From NCBI GenBank assembly GCA_002269645.1, contig NIVC01001269.1, forward strand, positions 124,001 to 188,000: 64,000 nucleotides of DNA, in the 5' to 3' direction. Source of the stretch: Macrostomum lignano (lineage: Eukaryota). A program made the translations under genes and the position numbers. The notes below the pieces were generated by a model. That model worked only from the letters and a program-made list of their open reading frames with translations, did not search any database and was not told the DNA's origin. Below are positions 11,935 through 23,500 of the stretch, one piece after another; position 1 is the stretch's first letter, and each line of letters starts with the position of its first letter.

Positions 11935-13233
11935 CGAGGGGAAGTCAAAAAGTAATGATAATTTTGCTGTCACGCCTAAAATATCAGAGTTATTGAACTG
12001 CAACTGGTTTCATTTGAAAAAACATATTTTGATCTTTATTTGACAGAGTTTTGGTTCTTCTAAAGTGATTGATGCCTGCATGGTGACACTCTAATCACAG
12101 TATACCCTTTCAGCAATGGAAAATTCAAAAATCGAAGCTCGTACTAACGTGACGTTTCTTGTATAGCTTGGTTGGAAGCCAGCCGAAATCATTGACGCTT
12201 TGAAGAAGGTCTATGGGGACACTGCTCCACCAGATCCAACCATTTATTGCTGGATTCGAGCTTTTAAGGAAGGCCGAGAGTCCACGGAGACGCCCAGCGG
12301 TCGGGAAGGCCCACAACATCGTGCACAGGGGAAAATGTGGCAGCTGTGCAGCCAGTGATTGAGCTGGATCGCCGCGTGACCATAGACAATATTGCTGACA
12401 AAGTGGGCATTGCTCATGGCAGTGCTCACTCCATTGTGACGGACTGTCTTGGTCTGAGCAAGCTGAGTGCCCGCTGGGTCCCGAGGCTGTTGCGGCCTGA
12501 ACACTGGTTTCAGCACACTGAGTGTGCCATCAACCTGCTGAACTGCTTGGACGCTAGTTCAGAAAACAGTTACCAGCGCTTAGTGACCGAGGATGAAACA
12601 TGGATATTTCAGTACAATCCCGAGTCCAAGGTCCAATCCAAGGACTGGCTGCCACGAGGTTCAGCAGGCCCCAAGAAGTTCCATGCGGAACAGTCTGCAG
12701 CGAAGGTCTTGGCGACGATTCTCTGGGATGTTGAGAGAGTGGTGATGGTGGACTTCTTGGAAAGCCAGAAGACCATCAATGCCACCTATTATGCGTCGCT
12801 TCTGCAAAAGCTCCGCATCGAACTGGCCAAAAAGCAACCTGGCAAGCTGCACCTTGGGATTCTCTTTCACCACGACAATGCACCAGCCCACACTTCTCGG
12901 CTCTGCCATGAAGCCCTGCAAGATTTCCGCTGGGAAATCCTCCAGCATCCTCCATATAGCCCTGGTTTGGCTCCTTCGGACTTTTTTTGCTTCCCAAGCT
13001 GAAGGAAGCAATCAAAAGGAGACCAAAATGAGGACAAAGAGGCTGCCAAAAAGGCTACTGTACAGTGGCTTGTTGCACAGCCTCCTGAGTTCTATGTGAA
13101 CGGCCTGGAGAGATGGCGACACTGCATGGAGAAGCGTCTGACCCTGAAGGGGGACTATGTAGAAAAGTAGATTTCCATTTGAAGTTTGACACTCGTGACA
13201 ACAAAATTATCATTACTTTTTGACTTCCCCTCG
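11935..13233 (+). mobile_element. Mariner (DD34D, irritans/Hsmar2-like termini) DNA transposon, full length but defective
   Basis: 40-bp TIRs cgaggggaagtcaaaaagtaatgataattttg(c/t)tgtcacg with 1 mismatch; TA TSD on both sides. Confidence 0.95.
12116..13170 (+). pseudogene. Mariner transposase pseudogene
   Basis: WVPRLL, EDETW, HHDNAPAH and YSPGLAPSDF motifs; in-frame TAG at codon 17; frameshifts near 12285 and ~12985; ends DYVEK*. Confidence 0.93.
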
Positions 13234-13727
13234 TATGTTGATTGAGTGGTTGAGAATATCCTTTCTACAGACTTGAGAATTTATCCATATTAAGCTACCT
13301 CTTCCCAATGATCAAATAATTCAGTCTTCAGCCAGTCTGATATATGGGTGTCTCTTTAAGTCCAAGAGTTTAAGCATGGCTTGAACCAATCAATCATTGT
13401 ATTGATTAATAAGTAGGTGAGCCACTTTCAGTTGTCTCCATAATTAGCGCTTAACGTGGATGATGATTTTGATTGTCACGTTTATACTTGTAAAATAGTT
13501 TTGCGGTGTAAATAATGTTTTAGATTTCCGTAGATTTTTTAGCTTGTTCATTTGTTGCTCTCTTGGGTAACCAAAGTTTTCATTTTATTAAGTTACTTCG
13601 GCTTTCCTGTCGCTAAAATAAGTCAGATTAATAATATCATTTCTGCAGTGCTATGCAAATTTATAGAATTATTAACCCAACATTGATTTTCGGTATTAAT
13701 TTGTATTTGTAAATATTTGTAGCCGAA

Positions 13728-13980
13728 GGGGCTGATGTCTAGTGGTAAGAGCGTCGGACTTACGACTTGTAGGTCGGGGGTTCGAATCCCGATCCCACTA
13801 TAGTAATTTATGACCAAGACACTTAACTCTGCATTAGCTGGGGAAATTGAGAGTGTGTGTCGCGTCCCCCCCCCCCCAGTCCTTGGACTGAACAGCCGTG
13901 CGCAGCCTTCAGATGCGCTGCGCAATAGCTGCGGCTGAGCTGTCGGATGCACATCTGCCCATGGACAGGTGTAATCAATT
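13728..13980 (+). mobile_element. SINE family A copy 2
   Basis: A box ctagtggtaagagc, B box ggttcgaatcc, truncated core, 3' acatctgcccatggacaggtgtaatcaatt. Confidence 0.85.
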
Positions 13981-14599
13981 ATTATTGCTATTTCATTGTC
14001 TTGCTTTATGTGCTCTTTCTAATTCAACAAGTTACTTAGGCTTTCCTGTCACTAAGGGACTCAGATTATCTCGTCTCTGCAGTGCTTTGAGAATTTCTAG
14101 AGTCATTAATTCGTTCACTAATAATGCTAAAAAAACAACCATTACATGAATAGCTGCTATCTTCGATTCAACCCCACATTGAATTTCGGTATTAATTGGC
14201 ATTGCATACTACTACTACAAGAAATATCTTATGCACAAAAATTGTTCGCTTCGATGGACAAAACGAAATGTACTACATTTTGTATCTCTGCCTGCTGGCC
14301 TACTTATACTACTTTTGAGTAGATTATCGGAATATTGTATTTGCAATTTCTGTTACATATTTTCTGAGTTTCAGATGCTTTGCTTGTTGCGCGCTTCTGC
14401 AATATTATTTTATTTTTATGCTCTATAGATGGCATTGTAAAATAATAAATGCGAGTTATTTTTCTAACACGTGCGTACCGTTGTCACAAAAATTTTTCAT
14501 TTGGCATGTACGCACATGCTGCTTTGAACCGGGACAGTGCTTACTGTGCTTTGATTCCTTCAACTTTCTTTTGCTATAAAATTGTGATGACCGGAGATT

Positions 14600-14868
14600 G
14601 ACATTGTCGCGAATGTTTTTTGGATTTTTGAAGACTCCGACCATGATGAGGCTGAGAATGTCAGCAACTGCATTGAAGCCCAGGTACAGATTGTTTGAGG
14701 TGAGCGGCCTCAGACGGATCAGCATGACGAAGGCGACGATAATGTTGCCGACGAGTCCGGTGACCACAATCGCAGGCAGCAGGCGCCTACCACGTTGGAC
14801 ACGGCGCAGTAAAGCTTCGGTCGGCATGGCTCACCGCTCATTATCAGGCTGTCCCTGACCATCAGCAT
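14600..14868 (-). pseudogene. Rhodopsin-like (class A, peptide-receptor type) GPCR fragment, TM1-TM2 only, frameshifted
   Basis: LLPAIVVTGLVGNIIVAFVML (TM1 GN motif), NNLYLGFNAVADILSLIM (TM2 AxAD motif); the upstream ATG at 14868 is in another frame; no TM3-7 seen. Confidence 0.6.
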
Positions 14869-15249
14869 GGCGGTTGTCTCCGAATACAACTCGCCTAACT
14901 TTGTCAGTAGCGTTCATCTTTAAAACAACTGTACCTGTCTTACATAACAACCAATCCCATTAAATCCCATTAAATCTATTACTGTGCATAAACTTTGAAG
15001 CATATTTAATAACCTTAATGAGTAGATTTTTATTGGTCCAAACCTGCGATTGGTTCTTCTTCCAGAATTTACCTGCAGTAAAGGGAATTTCCAAGTTTTC
15101 TGGAGCCTGTTGTCTGGTTTGCGTCCCGTGACATCACCATGTACGGTAAATAATGGAACAGTTGTATTGCCAGCCTGACTTGCTAGGGGGTTAAACCTAA
15201 GGCGTAGCGCTTGCAGTCGGGTGATGGGGCCGTTCCTGGGTCACGTGAC

Positions 15250-15612
15250 TTTTTTTTATTAGAGGCAGGGGGGTTGTGTGCACCCTGGCGCACTTTAAGC
15301 GACATAGGCACACAACCGGCGAGAGGCATTACTGCCCATTCCGCCGACTCCCCTGAGCAGGCATACAAGCGCGCGGATACGTACGCAGGCACACACTCAC
15401 ACAGGAGTGTACAGCGGCCCTAACTTTATTTTATCGTTAGGCATGTACACTTCACTGCGCCTTGGGGGGTTGGCTCTCAAGGCCGTTAATTGCACAAGCA
15501 GAGCGAAGCCGAGATTCCAATTCAGCCCCAAATTAATGTGACTGCACTTGGAATCGAGCCTGGGTCGCTGGCACACCAGAGCCTGCGCTACCGCTGGGCT
15601 ACGGCCCCCCTA
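15250..15612 (-). mobile_element. tRNA-derived SINE family B, full length with poly(A) tail and TSD
   Basis: On the - strand: head gtagcccagcggtagcgc...ggctcgattcc, body, aataaaaaaaa tail; TSD ggtcacgtgac (15239-15249) / ggtcacatgac (15613-15623). Confidence 0.85.
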
Positions 15613-15642
15613 GGTCACATGACTGCACCCTTTTATTAGATC

Positions 15643-16330
15643 TGTGACGAATACTAGTGAGGCGGCCTCGAGAATAAGCGAAGGCAAACGAATGCGGCAG
15701 AGGCAAATTTGTAGCGGTAGCACTTGGCCGTTAATATCAGTTAAAGTTAATGCTAAAGCAATCAATCGCTGCAGACTTGGTTTATTGTCAACAGAAATAC
15801 AAGTTGGATTCGTAATAATGCACTGGCGGCTACACAACAACCAAGTTAGATAGCTTAGGTAGTAGAAGTGGCGTGGCTGAGAGTGGCAAAGGCGTGGCTA
15901 AAGCCGTGGCGGAGAGAGAAGACAAGTAAACAAGTAAAGGCGGCAAGAGCCTACAGGCGGGGACGCAAAGCCAGGCGGGACGAGGTTGGCGGCGGAGCAA
16001 AGGAGCGGAGCGGAGTCAAAACAGGGTCTGAACGGGTCTAAACCCCGAGCGCACGGCCAGACAGAACTGATAAGGAGCGGGCTGGGGGTGTGGCGCGCGA
16101 GAGTAATTAATATAATTAATGCGCGGCTTTTCTATTGGCCGGCTGAGAAAAACAGGAATTGAAATTATCGATCGCGCGCTGTACGCAGGGTTTACAATTG
16201 TACGCAGCTGATTAAAATTCTTTGGGCACTACTTTAAGCAGACGTGAGAATACGAAACCAGTAATATTAAAGATTGGTACCGTATGTCAAAACGGCCCTT
16301 GGCGGGGCTACGTAAACTGACAACGTCACA
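15643..16330 (-). mobile_element. Solo LTR (Gypsy-like, 688 bp)
   Basis: Termini tgtgacg...cgtcaca; 4-bp TSD gatc; on the - strand a CCAAT (~16137), an AT-rich TATA-like tract (~16090) and an AATAAA (~15785) in the expected order. Confidence 0.85.
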
Positions 16331-16890
16331 GATCTATTTATTGCTAAGCCTGCGGCTACTGTTTCACCAAGTGGCCGGGCCAAAAGGCAAGCGACTCTAT
16401 TATCAAGTCTCTATATTTTAATTTGCTAATTTTATTCTTAATTGACTGTACTCGATACGAATTGATATACCAAACGGAGGCTTGCTTACACTGTACCTCT
16501 CATTTAGTTTCAGGAGGAACGAACTTTTTGTGGCGGTGATTGGGAGGCCGGGGCCCCCGCCTTCGGTTAACTCTCGAAGCCGCTGTACCCGGGCACAACG
16601 CAAACTTCGGGTTGCTTTCAACGGAAGCTTCAGAAATATGTACATCACTCGTGACTTTATACGCTTCTTAGATGTATTTCCCAAAAAACACTGATTAAGT
16701 GTGTCAATCCATTAAATTTAAACCAACACAAAAACATTTACAAGACAAATTTATTAGTGCAAACACTAGAAGTACTTGTATTGGTCTGGCTTTCTCTGAA
16801 CTACATTATACCTAGCTAGAGTACGTGGAACGGCACCATTGCTTGTGGTGTTGAAAATGCTTTGCATGTACATAAAGGCGGTACGTAGCT

Positions 16891-17147
16891 AATAATAATA
16901 ATAAATTAATTGATTACACCTGTCCATGGGCAGATGTGCAGCTGACAGTTCAGCCGCAGCTATTGCGCGGCGCATCTGAAGGCTGCGTACGGCTGTTCAG
17001 TCCAAGGACTGGGGGGTCGCCACACACACCCTCAATTACCCCAGCTAATGCTGGCACCCTGCATTTTACAGCTGGGACACAAATTTTTCCAGTTGGATCA
17101 GGAAATCGAACCCCCACCGACGCTCTAACCACTAGGCTACAGCCCCC
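16891..17147 (-). mobile_element. SINE family A copy 3 with (TTA)n tail
   Basis: Reverse complement of copies 2 and 5; the tail reads aataataataataa on the + strand. Confidence 0.85.
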
Positions 17148-17368
17148 TAGAATCTGTAGCCAGCAAATGCTGTTTACAAGTAGCATAAGCAGCTACACAC
17201 AATCCGAACAGTCGAAGGTCATTTCAAAGCCTCTATTATCATGTGACTTTCATACAAGTAGCTCACTCTAAGCGCATAGCGCAATTAGTAACGACAGGTT
17301 TTGCAGCACCTCGGCCGCTGGTACGTTCATGCGTGCAAAGCTTAAACACACCCCTGTCAGCGATAATG

Positions 17369-17382
17369 GTTGCCATGGCAAC
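17369..17382. promoter_or_regulatory. Perfect palindromic RFX X-box
   Basis: GTTGCCATGGCAAC, ~205 bp upstream of the GH31 ATG. Confidence 0.6.
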
Positions 17383-17587
17383 TATACATGCATATGAGCT
17401 ACCAAATTTGAAGTCGGAAAGATAAAGAGGGTAACAGAAACCCGGCCTGATTAAGTCGCGATTAATGACACTCGAGTATATCAGCTTTCTGTTTCGCTTC
17501 AAGCGGCTGAAATTGATTTTAAAACTAGAATTTAATTGCAGTAGCAATTATTAAAAATTTTCGACTGACTGGCCATAAATACGAGCC

Positions 17588-20500
17588 ATGAAACCTCGAT
17601 TGAATGTCGTTTTGGTTGCTTCCGCTGGTCTGCTGCTTGCGGCAGCCAGCATCTGCGTGCAGCGGGCTGGCGCCGTGAAAACGAACTGCTTCCCAGAGCT
17701 CAAGCAGAATGAGGATCCTGGAAGAGAGCGCTGCGAACAACGAAAGTAAGACAATGACTGTGCAATCGGATTTTCAACTTTGATATTTGACCTTGTGATC
17801 CCAACTGATTGTGGAGCAGTAAACCCGGGTTCAGTCACATAATTTTGGGATCTGTGGTTGGCGTACATTCTTTACGACGTTTAAGTCGGGGATGCTATAC
17901 TCAGTGGCGGATCCAGAGTTTCATTTGGGGGGGGGGTGGTCCAAGTTTGGGGCGCCAACACGAGTGTAAGGGGCGCCAATTTTTAAGCTAGGGGGCGCAA
18001 AAAATGCACGTAGGGGGCGAAAAATTGGGGGGCGCAATATGTTCGGTTAAGCTATTTTGGGGGGGGAGGGCGGCCGCCCCCCCGCCCCCCCCCCTAAATC
18101 CGCCCCTGGCTATACTGTACACCCTACATACAGCCTAAGCATTTAGCATTTCTTGAAGAATCCATGAGTATGCCATAGCTGGAGCTGACTCATCTTTTTG
18201 ACGCATTTTGACTCGGCAGATGCGAATACGAAGGTCAACAGAGTGATAACTCACCCTCCTGCCTCTGGACAAGAAGCGGCCACATAGTCTCGAGTGTCGC
18301 TGAGAACACCAACACCCAATATTCGGCAGTTGTTACACGTCAACAAGACTACAATGGACCGTTCCCAGGAAGCCGAGATCTTGACGAGCTGCGATTCGCA
18401 GTCAAAGCAATTTCGGACAACGGCTTGAGAATCACGGTTGAGTGTCTTCAATTGTTTCGTTTTTTTCACAAAAATCCTTGTAGAAAGTATATTTTTTTGT
18501 AACTTACCATGCCGTAGAAACTAATTTCTGCGCACATCCTACCGTTATAGATCTAAGAGAATTTAGCCTTTAGCTTTCCTTTACCCTTGGAGTGAATTTT
18601 CTTTGACGATAGCTGGTAGGCTAGACTTAGTATACATTTTACAATAAGTAAGTGGTTTATCGTGCAAAGTTCCTATAGATTTCTTCTCGCTAGAATTACT
18701 ACTCTGAATAATTAAATAAAAGGACTTTTTGGATGAAAAAAAGACTCATGAAAATCCAATTTAAACTTGCGATAGGCCAAGTCTGGTTACTTTGTCAGCT
18801 GGTCTTTACCTCTGAGTCACTTTTCTCCTCTTCTACTCTTCTCTTCAGTAGGAAATCTCTTGAAACTCTGTGGAGTTGAACCGAACGATATAAAATTTTC
18901 CAGCCCAGCAGGTATCAGACCTACATCTAGATGCTTTATTAGTCAACTTTGATGCTTAACCGAATGCTGAGAAAGATTCTCCAATGCCTGTCAATACAGA
19001 TATCTGACTTGGGCGGAGTTCGCTACCAAGTGCCAAAGGAAGCGCTCAACATCCCGGAACCGGGACCAACAAACCCTGATGCCACAGTCTACAGGTGGGA
19101 GGCCAACACCTCATCAAGTTTGCTGGACGTTTACCAAAAGACTCACCCAGACCAAGCCATAATGAGCCTTCTCAAAACTGGTTTTGTCTTTTCCGACCAG
19201 TTCATCCAGCTGTCGCTTGGACTCGACTGTCAAAATATCGTCGGCTTCGGCGAGCACAATCACGAACGTCTGGTTCACGACAGGCGGTACAAGCGGTGGA
19301 GCATCTTTACTAGGGACGCGTCACCTACTGTAAGTAACAGTTTCTTCAGGTCGCGATCTTATTCTATTATTCTATTAGCAATCGTTCAAATCTACAGGGT
19401 CCGGGGAATATCTACGGCGCCCATCCATCCTTATTTCGTCTGCACCGATGCTGGAAAGCACATGAGTGTACTTTTGAAGAATAGCAATGCGATAGGTACG
19501 GTCAGATGGTTAAATTATTGAACATGTATTTATAATAATTATACGCCATCAAGAGCCGAAAGATTACTGAGAAACCCGAACATATTCATCAACACTAACT
19601 AATTTTCATAGCATATGAATATCCTTAATAACACTCTATTGATTCAAGTGACACAGAAACACCTTCGTCTCAAATGACACCATAAGCCACATAGTTACAA
19701 CGACATTTGAACATGCAATGGTTACCAGGACACCTAAACATGCATCTGCATCAACAACTCAATGGTTACCAAGACACCTGAACATCTCTATCAACAACTC
19801 AATGGTTACCAAGACACCTAAACATCTCTATCAACAACTAAATGGTTACCAAGACACCTGAACATCTCTATCAACAACTCAATGGTTACCAAGACACCTA
19901 AACATCTCTATCAACAACTAAATGGTTACCAAGACACCTGAACGTCTATCAACAACTCAATGGTTTCCAGCAGGACACGGCCTAAACATCTCTATCAACT
20001 CAATGGTTACCAAGATACATGAACACGTACTTTTTGCAAATGAGCCCCATTAGTCCTCCATGACATACGAAAGTCTCCCTAAATGTTGCGCCACTTTGCT
20101 TCATTTTGTCTGTCGCAGAGGTCGAACTTACACCTGACGGCATTGTGTATCGCGTTCTGGGCGGTATTCTCGACTTCTATGTATTTATGGCCAGCTCTCC
20201 AGAGTCCCTGGCTCAGACTTACTCAGCCGCCATTGGTCACCCCCTCATGCCGCCGTACTGGAGTCTGGGTTTCCAGCTATGCCGCTGGGGTTACAGAAAC
20301 ATCACGGAGGTACAAAATGTCATCGCTAGGAATCGAGCAATCGGACTGCCATATGTGAGCTCATTCTGCAAGTGTCTTTGCTCACTCTACTATTCAATAC
20401 CTCAAGTTGCATATAAAGCCAATATGGTTTTGGTTTTCAATTTTCAGGATGCCCAATACGGCGACATTGACTACATGCAGAACACTATGGACTTTACAAT

Positions 20501-23500
20501 CGACGCTACTAATTATCCTGGACTAAGTAGCATGGTTGACGACTTGCACTCTCATGGACAAAAGTACTTTGTGATATTGGTAAGATTTACGCCACATCGA
20601 CGAAGTGTGATATCATGAATTGAAATATTCGTTTAAATTATGAGGTCTTTTAAAAATTAATATTGACACTAGATATTGAATGGTATGTAAGCTCGTACAT
20701 TGATAGTGAGGCTGGCTGGACATCTGTACATTGTAGAGATCTGTACATTGGTAGTGAGGCTGGCTGGACATCTGTACATTGTAGAGATCTGTACATTGGT
20801 AGTGAGGCTGGCTGGACATCTGTACATTGTAGAGATCTGTACATTGGTAGTGAGGCTGGCTGGACATCTGTACATTGTAGAGATCTGTACATTGGTAGTG
20901 AGGCTGGCTGGACATCTGTACATTGTAGAGATCTGTACATTGGTAGTGGGGCTGGCTGGACATCTGTACATTGTAGAGATCTGTACATTGGTAGTGAGGC
21001 CGGCTGTTCATCTGTACATTGTCCTTAAGCTCGTGCTTGAAACTGGGAAAGATCGTTTGTACTCGTACCTTAGAAAAGAGGCTAAATAGTGACATTCGAT
21101 TGATGAAAGGTCTGCGTGAGTTACATTTGTTATGCATTTGCTGACGTATTTTAACACAAATTTAAACTATTTGAGGACCCGGCCATCAGCAGTGACGAAG
21201 AGATGCACAAGCAAGTGTTACCCAGCCAGCGCTACGAACCCTATCACGACGGACTCGCACGTGGCGTTTACGTGAAGAATTTAGACGACACTGTTCACGA
21301 GGGCGAGGTGTGGCCCGGCAGGACGGTGTTCCCGGACTACACGCTGAGCGCCACACAGGCCTGGTGGGAGCGGTGGGTGTCGGACTTCTATTATAACCAG
21401 AGCATTCGCGTTGATGGACTGTGGATTGTGAGAGTTCATTGCGTTTTTGTTTTACTGAGCAAATGCATGGTGGCCTTTATGATCAGATTTACCGGTGTAT
21501 TGGTGCTACCCTTTCATACATACCGCCTTACTATGCCCCCAAAACACTTTTCTAGTACACAACTAGCAATCTTCGCCCCCCGATGGGGGACATCTGGATA
21601 GAATCTCTGTTCTCTACAATTAACAAAAAGACAGCCAAAAAATCCTTCACAAAGACAACAGACAAACTGCTCAAATGAAGTGAATTGCAATAAGAAATCT
21701 TCCCAAGACCACAAGCATCCCCCAGATAGCAAGCATCCTCCAGATAGCAAGCATTCTCCCAGATAGCAAGCATTTCCCAGATAGCAAGCATCCCCAAGAT
21801 AGCAAGCATCCTCCAGATAGCAAGCATCCCCCAGATAGCAAGCATCCCCCAGATAGCAAGCATCCCCCAGATAGCAAACATCCCCCAGATAGCAAGCATT
21901 CCCCAGATAGCAAGCATTCCGCAGATAGCAAGCATCCCCCAGATAGCAAGCATCCCCAAGATAGCAAGCATCCCTCAGATAGCAAGCATACCCCAAGATA
22001 GCAAGCATCCCTCAGATAGCAAGCATACCCCAGATAGCAAGCATCCCCCAGATAGCAAGCATCACTCAGATAGCAAGCATCCCTCAGATAGCAAGCATCC
22101 ACCAGATAGCAAGCATCCCCAGATAGCAAACATCCCCCAGATAGCAAGCATCCCCCAGATAGCAAGCATTCCCCAGATAGCAAGCATTCCCCAGATAGCA
22201 AGCATCCCCCAGAAAGCAAGCATCCTCCAAATAGCAAGCATCCCCAAGATAGATAGCATCCCCAAATAGCAACCATCCACCAGACAATAAGTAGCTAGAG
22301 CGACAATTTCCTTAGCTTTATAGTGGCTCCTTTAAATTGGCATGGCGCTTTATACCTTTACATTTGAAATTGGATATCTTGAATGTTTGACATGGTGGCT
22401 CTTTTATGTTTGACATAGTGGCTCTTCTATGTTTGACATGGTGGCTCTTTTATGTTTGACATAGTGGCTCTTTTATGTTCGACATGGTGGCTCTTCTATG
22501 TTTGACATGGTGGCTTTTTTAGGTTTGACATGGTGGCTCTTTTATGTTTGACATGTTGACTTTTTTATGTTCGACACGGTGGCTTTTTAATGTTCGACAT
22601 GGTGGCTCTTTTAGGTTTGAACCGGTGGCTCTTTAATGTTTGACATGGTGGCTCTTTAATGTTCGACATGGTGGCTCTTTTATGTTCGACATGGTGGCTC
22701 TTTAATGTTTGACATGGTGGCCCTTTAATGGTTAACATGGCGGCTCTTTAATTTTCGAAATGGTGGCTCCTTAATTTTCGAAATGGTGGCTGTTTTATGT
22801 TTGACATGGTGGCTCTTTAATGTTCGACATGGTGGCTCTTTAATGTTTGACATGGTGTCTGTTTTATGTTTGATATGGTGGCTCTTTAATGTTCGACATG
22901 GTGGCTCTTTAATGTTTGACATGGTAACTCTTTTATGTTTGATATGGTGGCTCTTTAATGTTCGACATGGTGGCTCTTTAATGTTCGACATGGTGGCTCT
23001 TTAATGTTCGACATGGTGGCTCTTTAATTTTTAACATGGTGACTCTTTTATGTTCGACATGGTGGCTCTTTTATGTTTGACATAGTGGCTCTTCTATGTT
23101 TGACATGGTGGCTCTTTAATGTTTGACATGGTGGCTCTATTATGTTTGACATGGTGGCTCTTCTATGTTTGACATGGTGGCTTTTTTAGGTTTGACATGG
23201 TGGCTCTTTTATGTTTGACATGTTGGCTTTTTAATGTTCGACATGGTGGCTTTTTAATGTTCGACATGGTGGCTCCTTTAGGTTTGAAATGGTGGCTCTT
23301 TAATATTTGACAAGGTGGCTCTTTAATGTTCGACATGGTGGCTCTTTTAGGTTTGAACCGGTGGCTCTTTAATGTTTGACATGGTGTCTGTTTTATGTTT
23401 GACATGGTGGCTCTTTAATGTTCGACATGGTGGCTCTTTAATGTTCGACATGGTGGCTCTTTAATTTTTAACATGGTGACTCTTTTATGTTCGACATGGT

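Noticed and set aside
15330-15410. ggcggaatgggc (- strand) in SINE B resembling the 3' end of an HDV-like ribozyme
   Set aside because: I could not build P1, P1.1 and a canonical L3; the pairing is mostly wobble
16418-16694. Short ORFs and a possible exon (ttcag|gaggaacga...) upstream of GH31
   Set aside because: No recognisable homology and no partner exon; left unannotated
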